This document shows positions 51,001-64,000 of a stretch of DNA of 64,000 nucleotides, piece by piece; the first letter of the stretch is position 1, and every line of letters starts with the position of its first letter. Source of the stretch: Perna viridis (Eukaryota); NCBI GenBank assembly GCA_037379345.1, contig CM074511.1, forward strand, positions 56,488,862 through 56,552,861, written 5' to 3'. Position numbers and translations under genes: made by a program. A model generated the notes under the pieces. The model made no database searches. It was not told the origin of the DNA and saw nothing but the letters and a program-made list of their open reading frames with translations.

Positions 51001-54000
51001 AGAATTCAGGGATCTCCATGCATCAAAATGAACACATGGCTCAATCTCTGGTTGGACAAATTTTTATTGTGGCGTGTGTCCTTTCGTGCAGAAAATAACT
51101 TGCCAAAAAAGTATATGGCTGAATATGACATTTAATAGCACAAGCTACAACATAGAAAACAACAATATTTTTTTCTGCCTGTATTGTCTATTTCAATTAT
51201 ATATAACAAGGTAAAGTACTCCCTTTCCTAGGCTTGATCATTGGTCCACAGCTCTAGAGAAATTAAAACCACTGGTACATGTAGGTGTGGTCATTTGTTG
51301 ATACCATTAAACCATGTACATTTAACAAGTTCTTTATAATTTAACCACAAGAACTTAGACAGTAAAACGTTGTTATTGTCCAAATTGGGTCTTTAAACAA
51401 TTCTTTAGAACTTTTTAGAGTCTGTCCATCGCATTTTCATAAAAGTCAGGCAAATTGAAATGCTTTCCTGTGTCAGATAATTGCCGAGATCGTTATGATA
51501 TTTTTGTATAAATTAAGATCGTTTTCCTCCCTCTCTGATCACATCAATCTTTATCAAATTGAATTGAACTCTTGATACTTTCTATATTTTATTAAATGAA
51601 AAGTTTTCAAATTTTGTTCATTAAAAATAAACAGTAGAAATCATCCAGTTTTTTTTAATCTTACTGATTTTGCCAATGATAATAATCATAAATTCGACAG
51701 ATCCAAGATGTGTTTACACATGCATTTCACTCCCTGACACATTAAACCCCCGTAAATTACCAATAAAAACATTGAAATTACTGTTAGAATAAACACACAT
51801 GCCAATCATATAGATTTATGACAGGTATAGGTGATTAATAAACAAGAGTAATTGGTAAATACGGTGCTGATTTACAAAGGAATACAGTGCTGCTTTGCAA
51901 AGCATGACGCAAAAATGAATACATGACGTACGCCATATGAACATGTGGCGCTCGTTTTGAATTCATGGCACAAGGAAAGTAACACATGGTGCAGCACCAT
52001 GCAAAAAGAGGCCGTGGAGAACCCTGAAAATTGGAATTACTTAGTTACCTAAAGTATTGATTTTATTTCTTGAATTTGTTTTCAAATAAAATACTTGTTA
52101 CATTAAAGTATTGATGTGTTTGGTTTTTTTTTATTCAATCAATTAACACATAACAATTGACAAGAAAGACAACTGTAACTTTGAGAAAATCACTGGTTAG
52201 TTCATAAACAAATTTTAACTAATGTAGAGTAAAGCAAATATTTATATGCTCCCTAAATGTAAATGGTAGCTGAAAGACATGAAAATTCATGTTAGGAGCC
52301 CAATAATTATTCATAAATATTTCAATATTTATGCTGTGATCTTGCAAAATTTGAAAAAAGACACAATGACAGATAGGAGTCCATAAGACACAAATTTTGG
52401 TACCAGTTGTTAATATGATTATACTGTTTTACAATGTGGTACATTATAATCACTGTCTTTATATTAAAAAAAAAGAAACTCCACGTATTTTAACTTATTT
52501 TTTCTAAAAGGAAAATCTATGAATACATATTTTAATCTATTTCTAAGATGATGCGGTAGACCAATGAAATAGTTTGTCCAAGAATTTTTATAGCCTACTG
52601 TAATAATCCTTAGTTTGACCCAACTTGCCAAAATGAAATCTTCCAATTTCATTTTGATGTGTCTTATAGAACCATTTAACTGCCATTTTTTTTAAATTTT
52701 ACCACATTTTCATGTTTATTGGAGTACACTGTATCTGGATAAAAAGACTCTTCTGGCACATGACTCATACCACACGATTTCATGACATCAGAACAGAAAA
52801 GTTGGCCAATAATGTTACTGGGCCATGGAACTCTGAGACTAATTGGGTGTACATGTATGTGTCAAAGAAGTTCCTCCATAACACAAGTTCCAAAAGAAGA
52901 AATATTACAGAATAAAATTTCTCTGGAAATTTGATTGTAATATACAAATGTATGTTCCTTGACAAAATAATCTATATGAAACAATCCGTTAATACTTCTG
53001 TTATAAGGAACAAATATACAAATATACATGTACATTTGTATGTCCACATATGAACTGTTCATTTGATACAATTGTATATGTACCAGTGTTTTATGTTTTA
53101 CCTATTGTTCTTTTAAGCATTTATAATGATCGTCTGTTCCCCAGGTTTAATTTGAATGGAATGCTACAGCAAAATAAACAAAACTGAAATTAGACACTTC
53201 ATTTGAAACAACAAATCAAAGTCTGCCTGCTGATGAACTAATCAATTTGGTAGGTTCTAAAATGTGTAACCCATACCCATACCAACTTTTCCCCATAACC
53301 AAATAATAATTTGCTAAAATACATGTATTCATTCTTACGGTATGTTAAGAACTGAAAATTACATGTATATGAGATTTGAAAAAGTCAGTTTCCATTCATT
53401 TCTACTCAAGAAAATGATGTATATTCTTCTAATGTTTCTTGTTTGATTGGTTTTCTGAAATCAAAAGGTCTAAAATGTGAAACCAGAAGATACCATACCA
53501 AACTAATTATTGACTATTTCTCACTTTCCTATTCAATTTTTCTAAAATCATTAAAATGTTAAAACTTTACCGAAGACTTTGGATACAGATTTGATATTAT
53601 TTTAAAAAAGAAGTGATTGAGTATGAATTTGGTACCATACCTGGCTTCAATCCCTGTATCAGCAAAGAACTGATATGATCTTATCCAGAATGAAAAAAGA
53701 AAGTCTCATAAACAGTCTGATGCGATTTTCACCATTAATGAAAATTTTAATAATGTAATGATGTTAAAATGATGCATTGAAACTGTACAGATAACAAAAA
53801 TGCCAGACTTTGATTTTGGGTATGAGAATTTCTTAACACATTTTAGACCTTTTGAAAACAGAAAATCAAATAAAATCAATCATTCCCCAATCATTTTAAA
53901 AATCATTAATTCTAGCCTAACCAATATGCCATTTTGTGAAAGTGTACAAACTTTCAGCTGGTAATATCAAGTAATAATAAAGAAATTGGCAAAATTGTAT

Positions 54001-54334
54001 TTTGGTACTAAGTCAGTTTTGTATGGGTTACACTTTTTAGACCATACCGATCAATTCAGATTTATGAAACTGTCAGGGTCAATAAACCTCAACTGACACA
54101 CATAACATTGTATCCAAACTTCCCCATTTAAATTCGTTTTGATTGTGGAAATGAAATGAGTTTTTAAGACTAACAAAAGGCAAATACAGGAGAACAATTC
54201 GAATTTTTTGGGGAATCCATATTTTTTCCATTTGTTGGTAAACATCAAATTATGCTCACAACTTTCGCTGCTTCCATCCATGTTCTACTTTTCTTCTTCT
54301 TTGATAACTTATCTCGGTTCAGGTCACTCTGCAT
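33082..54334 (-). CDS. ASXL: Additional sex combs-like (Polycomb/PR-DUB subunit Asx/ASXL), complete, 12 exons, 1017 aa
   Basis: Exons (minus strand) 54334-54260, 48184-48102, 47275-47167, 45598-45499, 44358-44125, 43637-43465, 39472-39362, 37723-37614, 37399-37326, 36642-36566, 35383-35352, 34957-33082 total 3054 nt in frame. Domains: HARE-HTH ([17 protein letters not shown]...[19 protein letters not shown]), DEUBAD ([28 protein letters not shown]...[26 protein letters not shown]...[13 protein letters not shown]), RTLAQIKA motif, C-terminal PHD ([32 protein letters not shown]). Confidence 0.96.
35081..35159 (-). repeat. Intronic 79-bp duplicate of ASXL coding sequence 34208-34286
   Basis: 69/79 identical, no indels, same orientation. 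Confidence 0.9.
35754..36249. repeat. Tandem duplication with period ~277 bp
   Basis: aggaacca.attaaacaactggcaatg...tatgacctatatagtc...gaggtacattt starts at 35754 and at 36031. Confidence 0.85.
37992..39318. mobile_element. Possible old hAT-like non-autonomous element
   Basis: Ends cagggttctcc and ggagaacactg are near-complementary. The TSD is not clean. Confidence 0.4.
39600..42985 (+). mobile_element. Degenerate CR1/L2-clade LINE ORF2 (2A-like motif, PHD, APE endonuclease, RT) in ASXL intron 6, antisense
   Basis: GDVEANPGP (39788-39814). PHD remnants [24 protein letters not shown] motifs [51 protein letters not shown] motifs [46 protein letters not shown]-terminal [19 protein letters not shown]. 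Many stops and frameshifts. Confidence 0.9.
44826..45100. repeat. Two ~177-bp satellite-like units (HINE remnant)
   Basis: gcacaa.gggaacatgtaat.aagattctt..aaagtttcattcaat.ccattcag...gagatgggtcc occurs twice. Confidence 0.65.
45673..46141 (+). mobile_element. Second, heavily 5'-truncated copy of the Penelope-like element (RT C-terminus plus 3' UTR) in ASXL intron 3
   Basis: Collinear with about 26146-26619 (tgccagagctt...agactttttgtaccg...gcagaggacgcttaccctac...cttggttcccttgattactc). Both copies end at the same 3' sequence. Confidence 0.9.
51007..52026. mobile_element. Possible TIR non-autonomous element (CAGGG...CCCTG)
   Basis: cagggatctccatg versus the reverse complement of the right end, cagggttctccacg (12/14). 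The TSD is uncertain. Confidence 0.45.
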
Positions 54335-54673
54335 TATGTATTTTTGTCATAATCAATTTAAATATTGTTGTAAAATCCTGATTATAAAGGGTACTCAGAT
54401 CCTCGACAAAAAAGAAAATAGTTTACGCCATTTTGGCAAAGTCACGTGATCCTACAGAAAAGCGAATCAAAATTTGCGTTACAAAATTATCCTTAGAAAC
54501 TGTGAAGGCGTCAAAATGGTGGATTGAATCAACATTATCAAAGTCTCTTCATGATTTTTTTTAACACAATGTAATGTTTAACTAGAAAGAAAAGATTTAT
54601 TTTGTCCATAGTTCAGATTTATAGGAAAGACAGTGATGTAAATTTCCTGGTCGGTCATCAAAATTAATGTCAG
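54335..54673. promoter_or_regulatory. Putative bidirectional promoter between ASXL and the CCDC178-like gene
   Basis: Lies between the divergent starts. YY1-type cgccattttg at 54426, palindromic E-box gtcacgtgat at 54441, aaaatggtgg near 54513, and a CAG|GTAAAT donor at 54673 that could end a non-coding first exon on +. Confidence 0.55.
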
Positions 54674-55131
54674 GTAAATATGCTTACAGAATAGAGTACA
54701 TTCATAGAATCATATATTTACTTTCCAAGTTTCGCCAGAAAATCAGGATCAGGTGTCAAGATTTACTTTGAGACTCCAAATACTTACAGACTACATTGAA
54801 CACAAAAAAAAATGTTATTTAGATTTATTTTTTAGTTCAACTTGTCTTAAAAGTACACATAATGAAAAAAGAACAAGATAACTGGCATACAAGACAAGTG
54901 ATTAAATTACAGTCGACAGGAGAGACAAAGCAGTGTCAAGCAAGACACAATATACTTACTTGCATAAACAACATATAATTTTTTGCCATTATTTGTTAGC
55001 ACTGGTAACAGAAATTAACTTTTATAACCAAAAAAGAGTAATAAACAGCTACTGTTCTGTATGAAAAACAATGCATAAATCAACTTGAACCTTTGGCAGT
55101 AATTAATATTGAATGATTTTTTTTTCAGGAC

Positions 55132-58100
55132 ATGTCGCAGACAAAAGTTGTTAAAGTTGAAGAGGTAGAGAAAAGATTAAACAGTGGCATTCTTGGACAA
55201 AGGTCAACAAGTCAAGATAAATTTAATGCTGCTGTTCGGGAGGCTGAAGGTGAGTATTTGCAATAAAAAGGGAAAATGGAATAAGTTAAGTAACTGCAAA
55301 TATCAGATTCCTATAATTCTTAAATTACAGCTTGATATTTATGTACTTTTTTTGGTGAAATTTGTTTTGACATGAAATATTAACATATCCAGCTCAAAAA
55401 TAGTGAAAACATGATTGATTTAACTACATAAATTAAGTACTGTAAAAATATTAATTTTCGCTATTTTTGCGGTTGCCTCAAAAACACGAAAATTAGTACC
55501 AACATTAATATATTCATATTACCAAGTCGTTTGACTGTTCTAATCATGGTTTCCACGATTTTGAATAGAAATTTTGTTTTGTGTAAGGGTCGTATCATTC
55601 AGTACAATCAAGTATGAATTTATACTCAATCTATTATAAAAACGTATGAGGTAAAGGTATATGGGTTATAATTTCTAAATTCATGATCTTGTTTACATAT
55701 TTGTATCAATGGCAAAGAGTATCTGTAACATCAAAGAATAGAAATAAATATTGTGCAAACATTTTATTCACAAAAAGAACAAGATGTTGGTGTTAGCACA
55801 CATTAGGGTAATCACCCATAAAAGATTACCATTAAATACACATGCTTAGAACTGACATTAAAAAGTTAACCCGTAAACATGCAATTGAAGTGTCAAAAGT
55901 TAATCCCTACAATTAGCCACGGCTTGGACAATTAAGTGAGTTCTTTTGAGTTTTAATTAACAATACACTATAAGATTAAAATGGCCAGAAGAAACTATGT
56001 GGACTTGTCAATTTGTTGATGTCGTAATAACAGCCATCATTAATACTATTGAAATATTAATGGTAAAATAACTGATCAAAAGAGAGATCACACACTGCGG
56101 AGACTATTCAAAAACTTAATTTCTTCAACCTTGAGAACTGTGAAAATTAATACCTGTGAACATGGTCACTTTTCAGAAACCGCGAAAAATAGCCGCTGTG
56201 AAAATTAGTACGTTTACAGTATACTTCCTTCAGAAATTTTTTTCACTTGTGAAGTTAAAGCTGAAAATTTAACTGTGTAGACTAAGCAATAAACATTATA
56301 AATTTTAAGGTGATAACTACCAATCAAGCGTGGATGATTTGAAAGAAGATGAAAATACTGAAATCGAAGGTAAATGTCTGAACACAATGCTGTTAGATAA
56401 CTAATCATTGAAGGTTAGATTTATAAATTTTTAAATAAAATGTGCAAATTTTTGACATGGTGTAAAGTTACACTACACTCGGAGACATTTGTTTCTCTAA
56501 CACTCAAGTTTGAGTTTTAAATCCTTGTTAGTAGACAAAACACCTTGTCAGTCAGATTTTTTCATAGTGAAATGTGAGTGTTACACCTACCCATCTGGGA
56601 TATTGTATATTCCGGTTGTTAATTGTGTATGGAGTATCACTGACCTGGGTGTGAAATTCACCCAGCACAGTGAAGTTTATCTCATTGATCTCTACTGACA
56701 ATATGGGCATTAGTACCCAAACTCCAAGGTCACTGACCTAAAAAATTCATTGGGGACCCCTGAAAATCACAACAAGGGAGTCCAGGGGACTTGTTTTAAC
56801 CATCATTGCTGTTTTCTTGCATTTCATAGCTTGTATGAATAACCACAACAAGCTTCTTATTTTTCTCTCAAAATATGCCATCCTAATCCTAACTTCTTCA
56901 CCTGTGTGCGGTGGAGTGTAAAATATATAACAGCAGGAGCCCAACATTTCCTCAGACCCATCATCATTTAATTATCAAATAAGAGATCTATTTAAAAAAT
57001 GAAAACAATTGTCACTAATCCTTTAATCCACTTGATGAACTGTTTCCAGATCTCAAACATCAATACACAAGCTTGGCAAATTAAAACATTATTTTTATAA
57101 ACGATCGAACTTGACACCATTGTTTTAGTGAAATACTTGATTTGTATACGAACAGGAAATGTAAACATTTTAGCTGACTCTGTGAATGGATCCAAAACAT
57201 CACTGTATTTTAATCAGTAAATGGCTTGCGAACACAGGGAAATACAAAAAAAACACTTTTAAAAAGATTAATGATGAAAGGAAACCCATTTCAGGGAATT
57301 TACCAGAATCCTTTCATTTCAATATGGTCTTCTACAGGTGATTTTTCCTCACTTCCCAGGGCCCGTTTTATACGGAAACTTTTTTCGTCGATCTCCTTTG
57401 CCAGGAAGGGGGTGTGCAGTATACTAAGAATGTGCACAATACACAGAAGAATACAGAACAAAACTTTTTCAAGTTGAAATAAAAACAAGTCACAGATATA
57501 TGCAATTCCTTTTTAATTTGTTTGCTTTATAAATTTTGCTTTTTTATTAATTGTAGATAAAGTATATCCCCTTCCCGAAAACTGGCCTAGGATACCTCAA
57601 ATATTTCGCAGAAAAAGTTGTGAACTAACCAAATCAAGTTCACCATGTGTAAAAAAAGCTGTATCTCACCTAGAACTGATCCAAAACATTATAGAAGAAT
57701 GGTTCAGAGAAAAGGAGGAAGAAATGAAAAGTCGGCCTCCTTCAATAAGACCTGGTATGTAGTGTTTGTTGAGTGTGTTTTTTTTTCTCATGATTGAATG
57801 AAGTGTTTACTGCACATTTTTCTATTTATTGTCATGCCCTTTTAGTGTGGAATAGAAATCATTGTGCATTTTGCCTGTTTAAAACACATTATACCATTGT
57901 TAATATACATATTTAAAGACAATTGACCACTGAAATCATTTTAACTCTTATTATCAGAAAGACATTATCAGAAAGGTTCCTTCTTCTTTACACAAGAATA
58001 TTACTATTAATTCAAGTCAAGTTTTAATTTCGAATTTGTACATAAAACTATCAGTAATGCTTAACAGTGATGATTTGGTAATTGTTCATCTTCTGTAAAC

Positions 58101-61100
58101 TGTGGCATATACACATATGGCATTCACTGTTTTTTAGTTGCCAGCAAAAAACAGTTGAGATTCTCCAATGACAAATCAGAAAACCAAATTGCTAAAACTG
58201 CCAGTAGTGCTAAAGGGAGACAACTCAGTGCTGCTTCTGGTAGAACAACAACAACATTATCATCACCCCAACCACTGTCAGTATCGGGTGTGGGTGTAAT
58301 TAAAGGTCAGTTTACAAAAAAAATAAAGGATAATGAAAAGATATGTATACCAATCCATTTGATGTTCTAGTTGAATATTGAGAAATTTGATATGTTATAC
58401 TTTGACCTGATGTAATATTTTAATGTAGAAAAGAAACTGCCCATTGTAACTGATAGAAAGAATTTGTTCAGTTGAAAATTGCAAAAGCCATGCAAATCAA
58501 ATTTTCCCTTGTCATCACCAAATGCATGTATTAGATATCTTTTTTAGAGGAAGAAAGTTGTTTACTACCATATCTTGGGGCAGAGGATGTATTAGATGAA
58601 GTGGTTACTTTACTTGCCAGATTAGAAAATGACAGACTTGAAACTCTTCAGGGCTTACACAATGAAAAGGACAGAGTTGTCAAACTTAATGAGAAAATAG
58701 ATCATTTGTGTTTAGTAAGGATGAGGGAACTTCCTATAGCTGTGCAGAAAGGTATCAAAACCCTGGATAGTTTATTTTGTTTGTCACATGTAAAGTAGCT
58801 CCTGTATGACTGGTTTGGAATGACATTAATCAGAACCTGGGATTACTTAAGGATGTTTGTTTTGATATAGCAAAAGAAAAATCATTATTGCTGTAAAGGG
58901 AAAAAATATAATGACTGCATGTAATAATTTCTGAATTTATTTTTAAGATATGAAATATATTAAATTGAAACTGTCAGTAATTTTACCATTCCTGAATTTG
59001 GATTTCTTAATGATTGCAAAAATTTAAAATGCATAAACCTCTGAATTACAAAAACTATATTGATAAATGCGTACAATATTTTCTGAATTTACATTTTCTT
59101 TTTTTGAAATATAAATGTGATGAATGAAAGTACATGCCAATGTACTGGATTTTTTTTTAATTGCTCCCCTTTAATATTGAATTTTTTTGTTATAGAGCAT
59201 GAGGCTTGTATAATGGACTTGAATGAGCTTCAGTGGCATGTTTCCTATAGCAGTAGAACAGAGAAAAGAATTCATGGTAGAACTCACACAGCTGAAGTCA
59301 ATAACAAAAGGCTCAAAGAAGAAATAGCATTTGTTAAAAGACATATGTAAGTTTATTACTTAAGGCATATATGCAAACAAATGTCTAGTTTTTAAGCCAC
59401 TTTTAAAAAAAATAATGAGGAAGTGTTTTTTTGTTGTTGTTAGAAGCAAATAGACAACTTTTTTTGAGAATTATTTCATGATTATATACCGCTTAAGCTG
59501 GAATGGTCTCACCATTTCTTAATAGTTGTTTCTAATTATACATTTCAGAAAAAGTTCATGTTATCACCTATTTTTATATGTGGAGGAAAAGTTGTGAATG
59601 ATACTCTATGGCATCAAAATCTTGCTAGAGAAAATCTGGCACAAAATTAGAATCATTGTCAAGTAACTGCACCTGCTGAACCTCTTTTGAACCTTTCCAT
59701 CAATTGCAAAATGATCCCAATGACAAAAAATCTGGATTAAAAAAAAAATGAAACTAGCTTCTTTAATCTTTTTTTTTCAATAAGACTCCCATTTTAACAA
59801 AGTAATGTAAGATAGATATTGTGGTGTACTTTATTCTGATTGGTTACATTTTTTTATTTGAACTTTTCAGTCCATTGGTGAAAGAGAAATTACAATTAGA
59901 AATACAAGCCATGGAGAGTATCAAAAATGCTCAAATGAAGGTAGATATAATTATAAATTTGAGAAGAATGCTTCATGTCAAATACATCTAAACAGATTGC
60001 AACATACTTTCCCTACATGTTTTTTTTAATTTCTTTTTTTTTTGTGAAAACAGACAATTCTCATATTAATATATTGGAGTCTGTTAAACTTTGAAATAAT
60101 GATTCGAAGGATTTAAAAATAAAAGCCTTTTTTATGTTCACATCTGTTTTGTTGTTGTATATTAATTTCCCAAGATAATGAGAGATTAACTGTACAAGAA
60201 TAAAGATTTCTTTATGAAAACAAACTTTTCTCAAAGTAGTAAAAAAAACAGAGATCAATGATGAATTGGGCATATAAAATAAAAACATCTGTCACAAGTT
60301 CATTAGTAACTGACCAATTATGTTTAAAGAAGTCTGTCTACCAATTTTTTCACTCTGCTATTATACCAACTGTATAATTGTTATGCATGATTTAATCCCC
60401 TGGAATTGTTACATTTTCTGTAGACAAATGTTGAATTGGATAATACACAGTCTCGACAACAGAAAACTGAAGCCAAATCTAATGATGCCGTTGCTAAAGC
60501 CACAACAGAGAGAAATCATATCAAACGTGAACTTGATGTGGTGAAAGAATCTTTAGATAAAATCAAGTAAGTTAAAATTGTTGTACTTTTCTTTTTTTGT
60601 GTAACCTATGAGAGAAATTTGATGTACTTTCCAACAGAAAATCAATGTTTATTAGTCTTTGTTTAATTGTCACTTCATCTCTTTTTTGTTTCAGTTTTAT
60701 GAATACAAATCAGAGTATGCAGTGCATGCTTAAATAAGAAAATGTCATATTCGCCTCTTATAAAATGTTTGTGTGTTTATATGTTGACTGAAATAACGTA
60801 CTTTATCTTGAAGCATTTACTATTTCGTTGTTAGGTTATACGTGGGTGCTTTTGTTGCAATTCACCATATCTGTTTCTTTTTCTGTGCATTATTACATTT
60901 CCAATTTATGTTTTCAGTGATGATTATAACCAGTCTAGAATGACATTTGATGCCTATACTGCACAGATAAATGATATAAAAGCCAAACTTATATCCAATG
61001 ATCAAGAAATGAAAGTTTTACAAGTCAAAAATGAAAATATGAAAGTGGCAGAGGAAATGAAGGCAAAACAGGTAGTTTTATAAAATTAAAAATACAAAAA

Positions 61101-62973
61101 CTTGATGAATTAAAAGTTTGTTGTGCTTGTTTTAATGTGCAATGACAGATTTATAGTCTTTTGTATTACATGTAATACTTGTGTAATTCAATTTTTCAAC
61201 AAAAAAAACCTATTTTGTAGGAAATATTTTTGTCCCCTGTGATGTGTCACGAGGGGACATGGAAATGCCTGACGTCCGTCCGTGTTTTCCACACTCTTTT
61301 TTGTAATGTTTTTACCAAATAAGTTTGTTTTTGGTATGTGGCCTTATTATGAAGAGTTACAGATTGAGTTCCACTTCGGTTATGGTTGAATGATTTTTAC
61401 AGAAGTTACAGCCCTTGGACTTAGAAAATTTCAGTGAATTTAAAGTTTTCCTCACTTTTTTTTTATGCGGGGGACATTGGTATGATGTTTTTTTATTGTG
61501 GTGGCAAGTCTATCTCAAAAACATGTGTAACGACCATTTTTTGAAAAACGTTCCATGTATTTGGTTGTGTGATTTTCACAGGTTAGGGAGTTACAGACCC
61601 AGATTACAGAGGCCGACTTTGAACATGACAGACTTTTGAATGAAAACATACAGCTACAGTCAGAACTGGATACAAGGGTAAGAACTATACATCTAGTTTT
61701 CAGGGATGATTTTTTCTGCTTTTTAGCTGAATTCCGCTATTTCTAATCTAGATTTTACCTTTACAATTCTTATTTTCACTTTCAATTTTGCCAAAATCTG
61801 CTTTGTTTGTTGACCTCGTAAAATCATTCCTGAGTTTTAGGAGTTGCTTAGGAAGTGTTTTTTTTACCATGTAAGTATTTTTTAATTTTTTATCAAGTAT
61901 AGTATTTGAAATGACTTAGTGTTGGAACTGGTTTTTTTGGGGTTTTTTTTATACTTAGTGGAAAAGTATGTTTTTGTCCCCCACTGCTACATGGAAGAGG
62001 ACGTAAAAATATTGATGTCCTTCTGTCCCGTCACACTTGATGATGCAACTCTTTGGTAACTGCTTGATTGATTTTGTTAAAATTTCATAGGATTATTAGT
62101 CACCATTTGAAGTTGATCTTGCATATGTTGCTTTTTTTTTTATTTCTACATGATACACTATAGGAACACTTTGTGGACCTAACTCCTCGGATACCACTCA
62201 ATGGATTTTGTTTGACTTTCATAGCATTGTTATTCACCATAAGTAATTGATCATATTGCTCCGCCATTTTTATTCGACATATTTTATAGGAGTTATGGAA
62301 CTTTGTTGAAACTATCGGAACGCTATGTGGCATCAACTCTTAGGATACTGCTCAACAGATTTTGTTACAATTTTGTTCAATACAAACTGCCCTGCCATAT
62401 GTCAACAAATTTTACTGGAATTATGGGACTATGTTTATTTTGTAATTCTACACTATAGTAGCTTTTTGTGGATGCAACTCCTCGGATAGCCCTCTATAAA
62501 TTTTGTTCGAATTTGCAACCATATGCAGTTGATCATATTGCAGTCAATTTGATTTGACAAAGACAAATTTTACTGAAGATATGGGACTTTTGCACGTCAA
62601 CCTTTTTGGCAATGGCAGGGGACATATGGCTACAAGTTGCTTGTTGTATTTAAATTAATTGACAGAATAGGTATGAAATTACCTGAGAAATGTCTTTTTA
62701 GGCTACATTAGTACACATAAAGTTTTAACTCAACTGTACATAGAAATTGTAATGATTGATGTCTGAGTGGATTTATTAGATTTATTAGATATTGATGTGA
62801 AGCCAAGTACACTGTTTTTTTTTATTCTTTATTTAGAAAAGGAAAATGGACCACAGAATTGCAGAGTTAGAAAAAGGTGCTAAACTTAGAGACACCAAAT
62901 TGAGAAGTATTCTATTAAAGAATCAGGAGGCTGAGATGGAAGTCCAGGATTACATGGATAAAATCACTGACTG
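55132..62973 (+). CDS. CCDC178: Coiled-coil domain-containing protein 178-like, 5' part (continues beyond the window)
   Basis: In-frame GT-AG exons 55132-55249, 56310-56369 (symmetric, less certain), 57557-57754, 58138-58305, 58548-58751, 59196-59346, 59871-59940, 60424-60566, 60918-61071, 61582-61677, 62837-62973. FRRKSCELTKSSSPCVKKAVSHL resembles the recalled CCDC178 segment RRHSC...PCVNKMISHI and is followed by a long coiled coil. Adjacency to ASXL supports the call. Confidence 0.8.
55438..56221. mobile_element. TA-flanked MITE with ~40-bp imperfect TIRs
   Basis: Left tactgtaaaaatattaattttc-gctatttttgcggtt versus the reverse complement of the right end, tactgtaaacgtactaattttcacagcggctatttttcgcggtt. 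Confidence 0.75.
61971..62645. mobile_element. HINE/pearl-like non-autonomous element with internal degenerate repeats (related fragment at about 61227-61475)
   Basis: Begins tttttgtcccc and ends ggcaggggacat...cttgtt. Repeated (c)aactc...ggata...gattttgt units at about 62045, 62181, 62334 and 62475. Confidence 0.55.
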
Positions 62974-64000
62974 GTAGGTTTGATCACAAAATGCACAGGA
63001 CAGATCAGTTAAATTGCTACTGATTTTGGCATAATATTCATAAGTATGGTTATGCAAAACCTGATATTTTTAAGTATCATTACATGTATTTATTTCATTT
63101 TTTTTTGCAACAATTTGAGAAATTTCTTCATCTATATTTGTTAAAGTCATAAATCAGGAATTATTATCATATTAAGAAAGAATTGTAGATAGAATATTGT
63201 TTAAATTATTTTCTATGTTTTAGTGGATATTAATGATAATTTTTTTGTTTTAATGTGCCTAAAATTAAAAGGTTAAAGGAGTAAGTAGTTGTGTGCCTTA
63301 ATATGATTTATTTTTTACGGATGTTATGAAAGTTAGGAGTAATGTAGTTACCAGTAGATCATACCTTTGTTTGATATACTTTTTAAGTACTTTAATTTGT
63401 TAGATCAAGTTTCATGGTTTGTAAATACTCAATTGTCAGTGGAATAATCGAATTGTTGATGTCATTTGGCTGTTGTTGATTTAAAATGACAAAATAAAAA
63501 CATGAGTTTTTACTCCATGAAAATTGATACTTCAATAGTGAATTAGAAGGATGTGACTTAATTAAGTAGTCAAAAAATCAAATCTTGTATTTGAAAGTAG
63601 TGTAAATGAATTTAACAATATACCTTATATGATAGATAAGTTTGATTTTATATTGCGAATTCATACTTTTACCAACAAGACAAATTTCAATAATTTTTTA
63701 TTTTAGGTCTGAATTTTGCCCCCTTCTCAATTAGAAGCATGCTCCAAATTTCCAAAAATCTGTAGTGAAATTCCCCATCACTGTGTCTCAGTATTTGTAC
63801 ATAATTACAATAGAGATTGATACAATGTTCCCTGCCTTTACTGCATCAACTTTGTAACCCAGAGGTCACCTCTAGGACTTCAATACAAATTAATTGTAAT
63901 GGTCATCATCGAGGATTTTAATAAGAAATTATTTTTTTAAATACTGTATAGAAATTCTTGCACTCAAATATATAGATTATTTTACAAAGTCACAACTCTC

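Noticed and set aside
1-64000. tRNA, rRNA or snRNA genes
   Set aside because: None recognised by eye. A covariance-model scan would be needed to exclude them.

Overview
AT-rich eukaryotic genomic DNA with many spliceosomal introns. The repeat content (pearl/HINE-type elements carrying internal satellites, a Penelope-like RT) points to a bivalve mollusc, probably an oyster; this is inference. Four protein-coding genes can be spliced by hand with consistent intron phases: the 3' end of TRRAP (+, last 6 exons), a complete 13-exon PEX3 (-, 366 aa, one GC-AG intron), a complete 12-exon ASXL/Asx (-, 1017 aa, HARE-HTH + DEUBAD + C-terminal PHD), and the 5' part of a CCDC178-like gene (+) that lies head-to-head with ASXL. 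Introns and intergenic DNA hold a decayed CR1/L2-type LINE with a 2A/StopGo-like motif (GDVEANPGP) in front of PHD-APE-RT, two copies of a Penelope-like element sharing a structured 3' RNA, nested MITEs/HINEs, TSD-less hairpin elements and several minisatellites. Most short ORFs in the track are spurious or are exon/TE fragments. There is a 151-N gap at 4703-4853. Gene and family identities rest on recalled homologue sequences; no database search was run.
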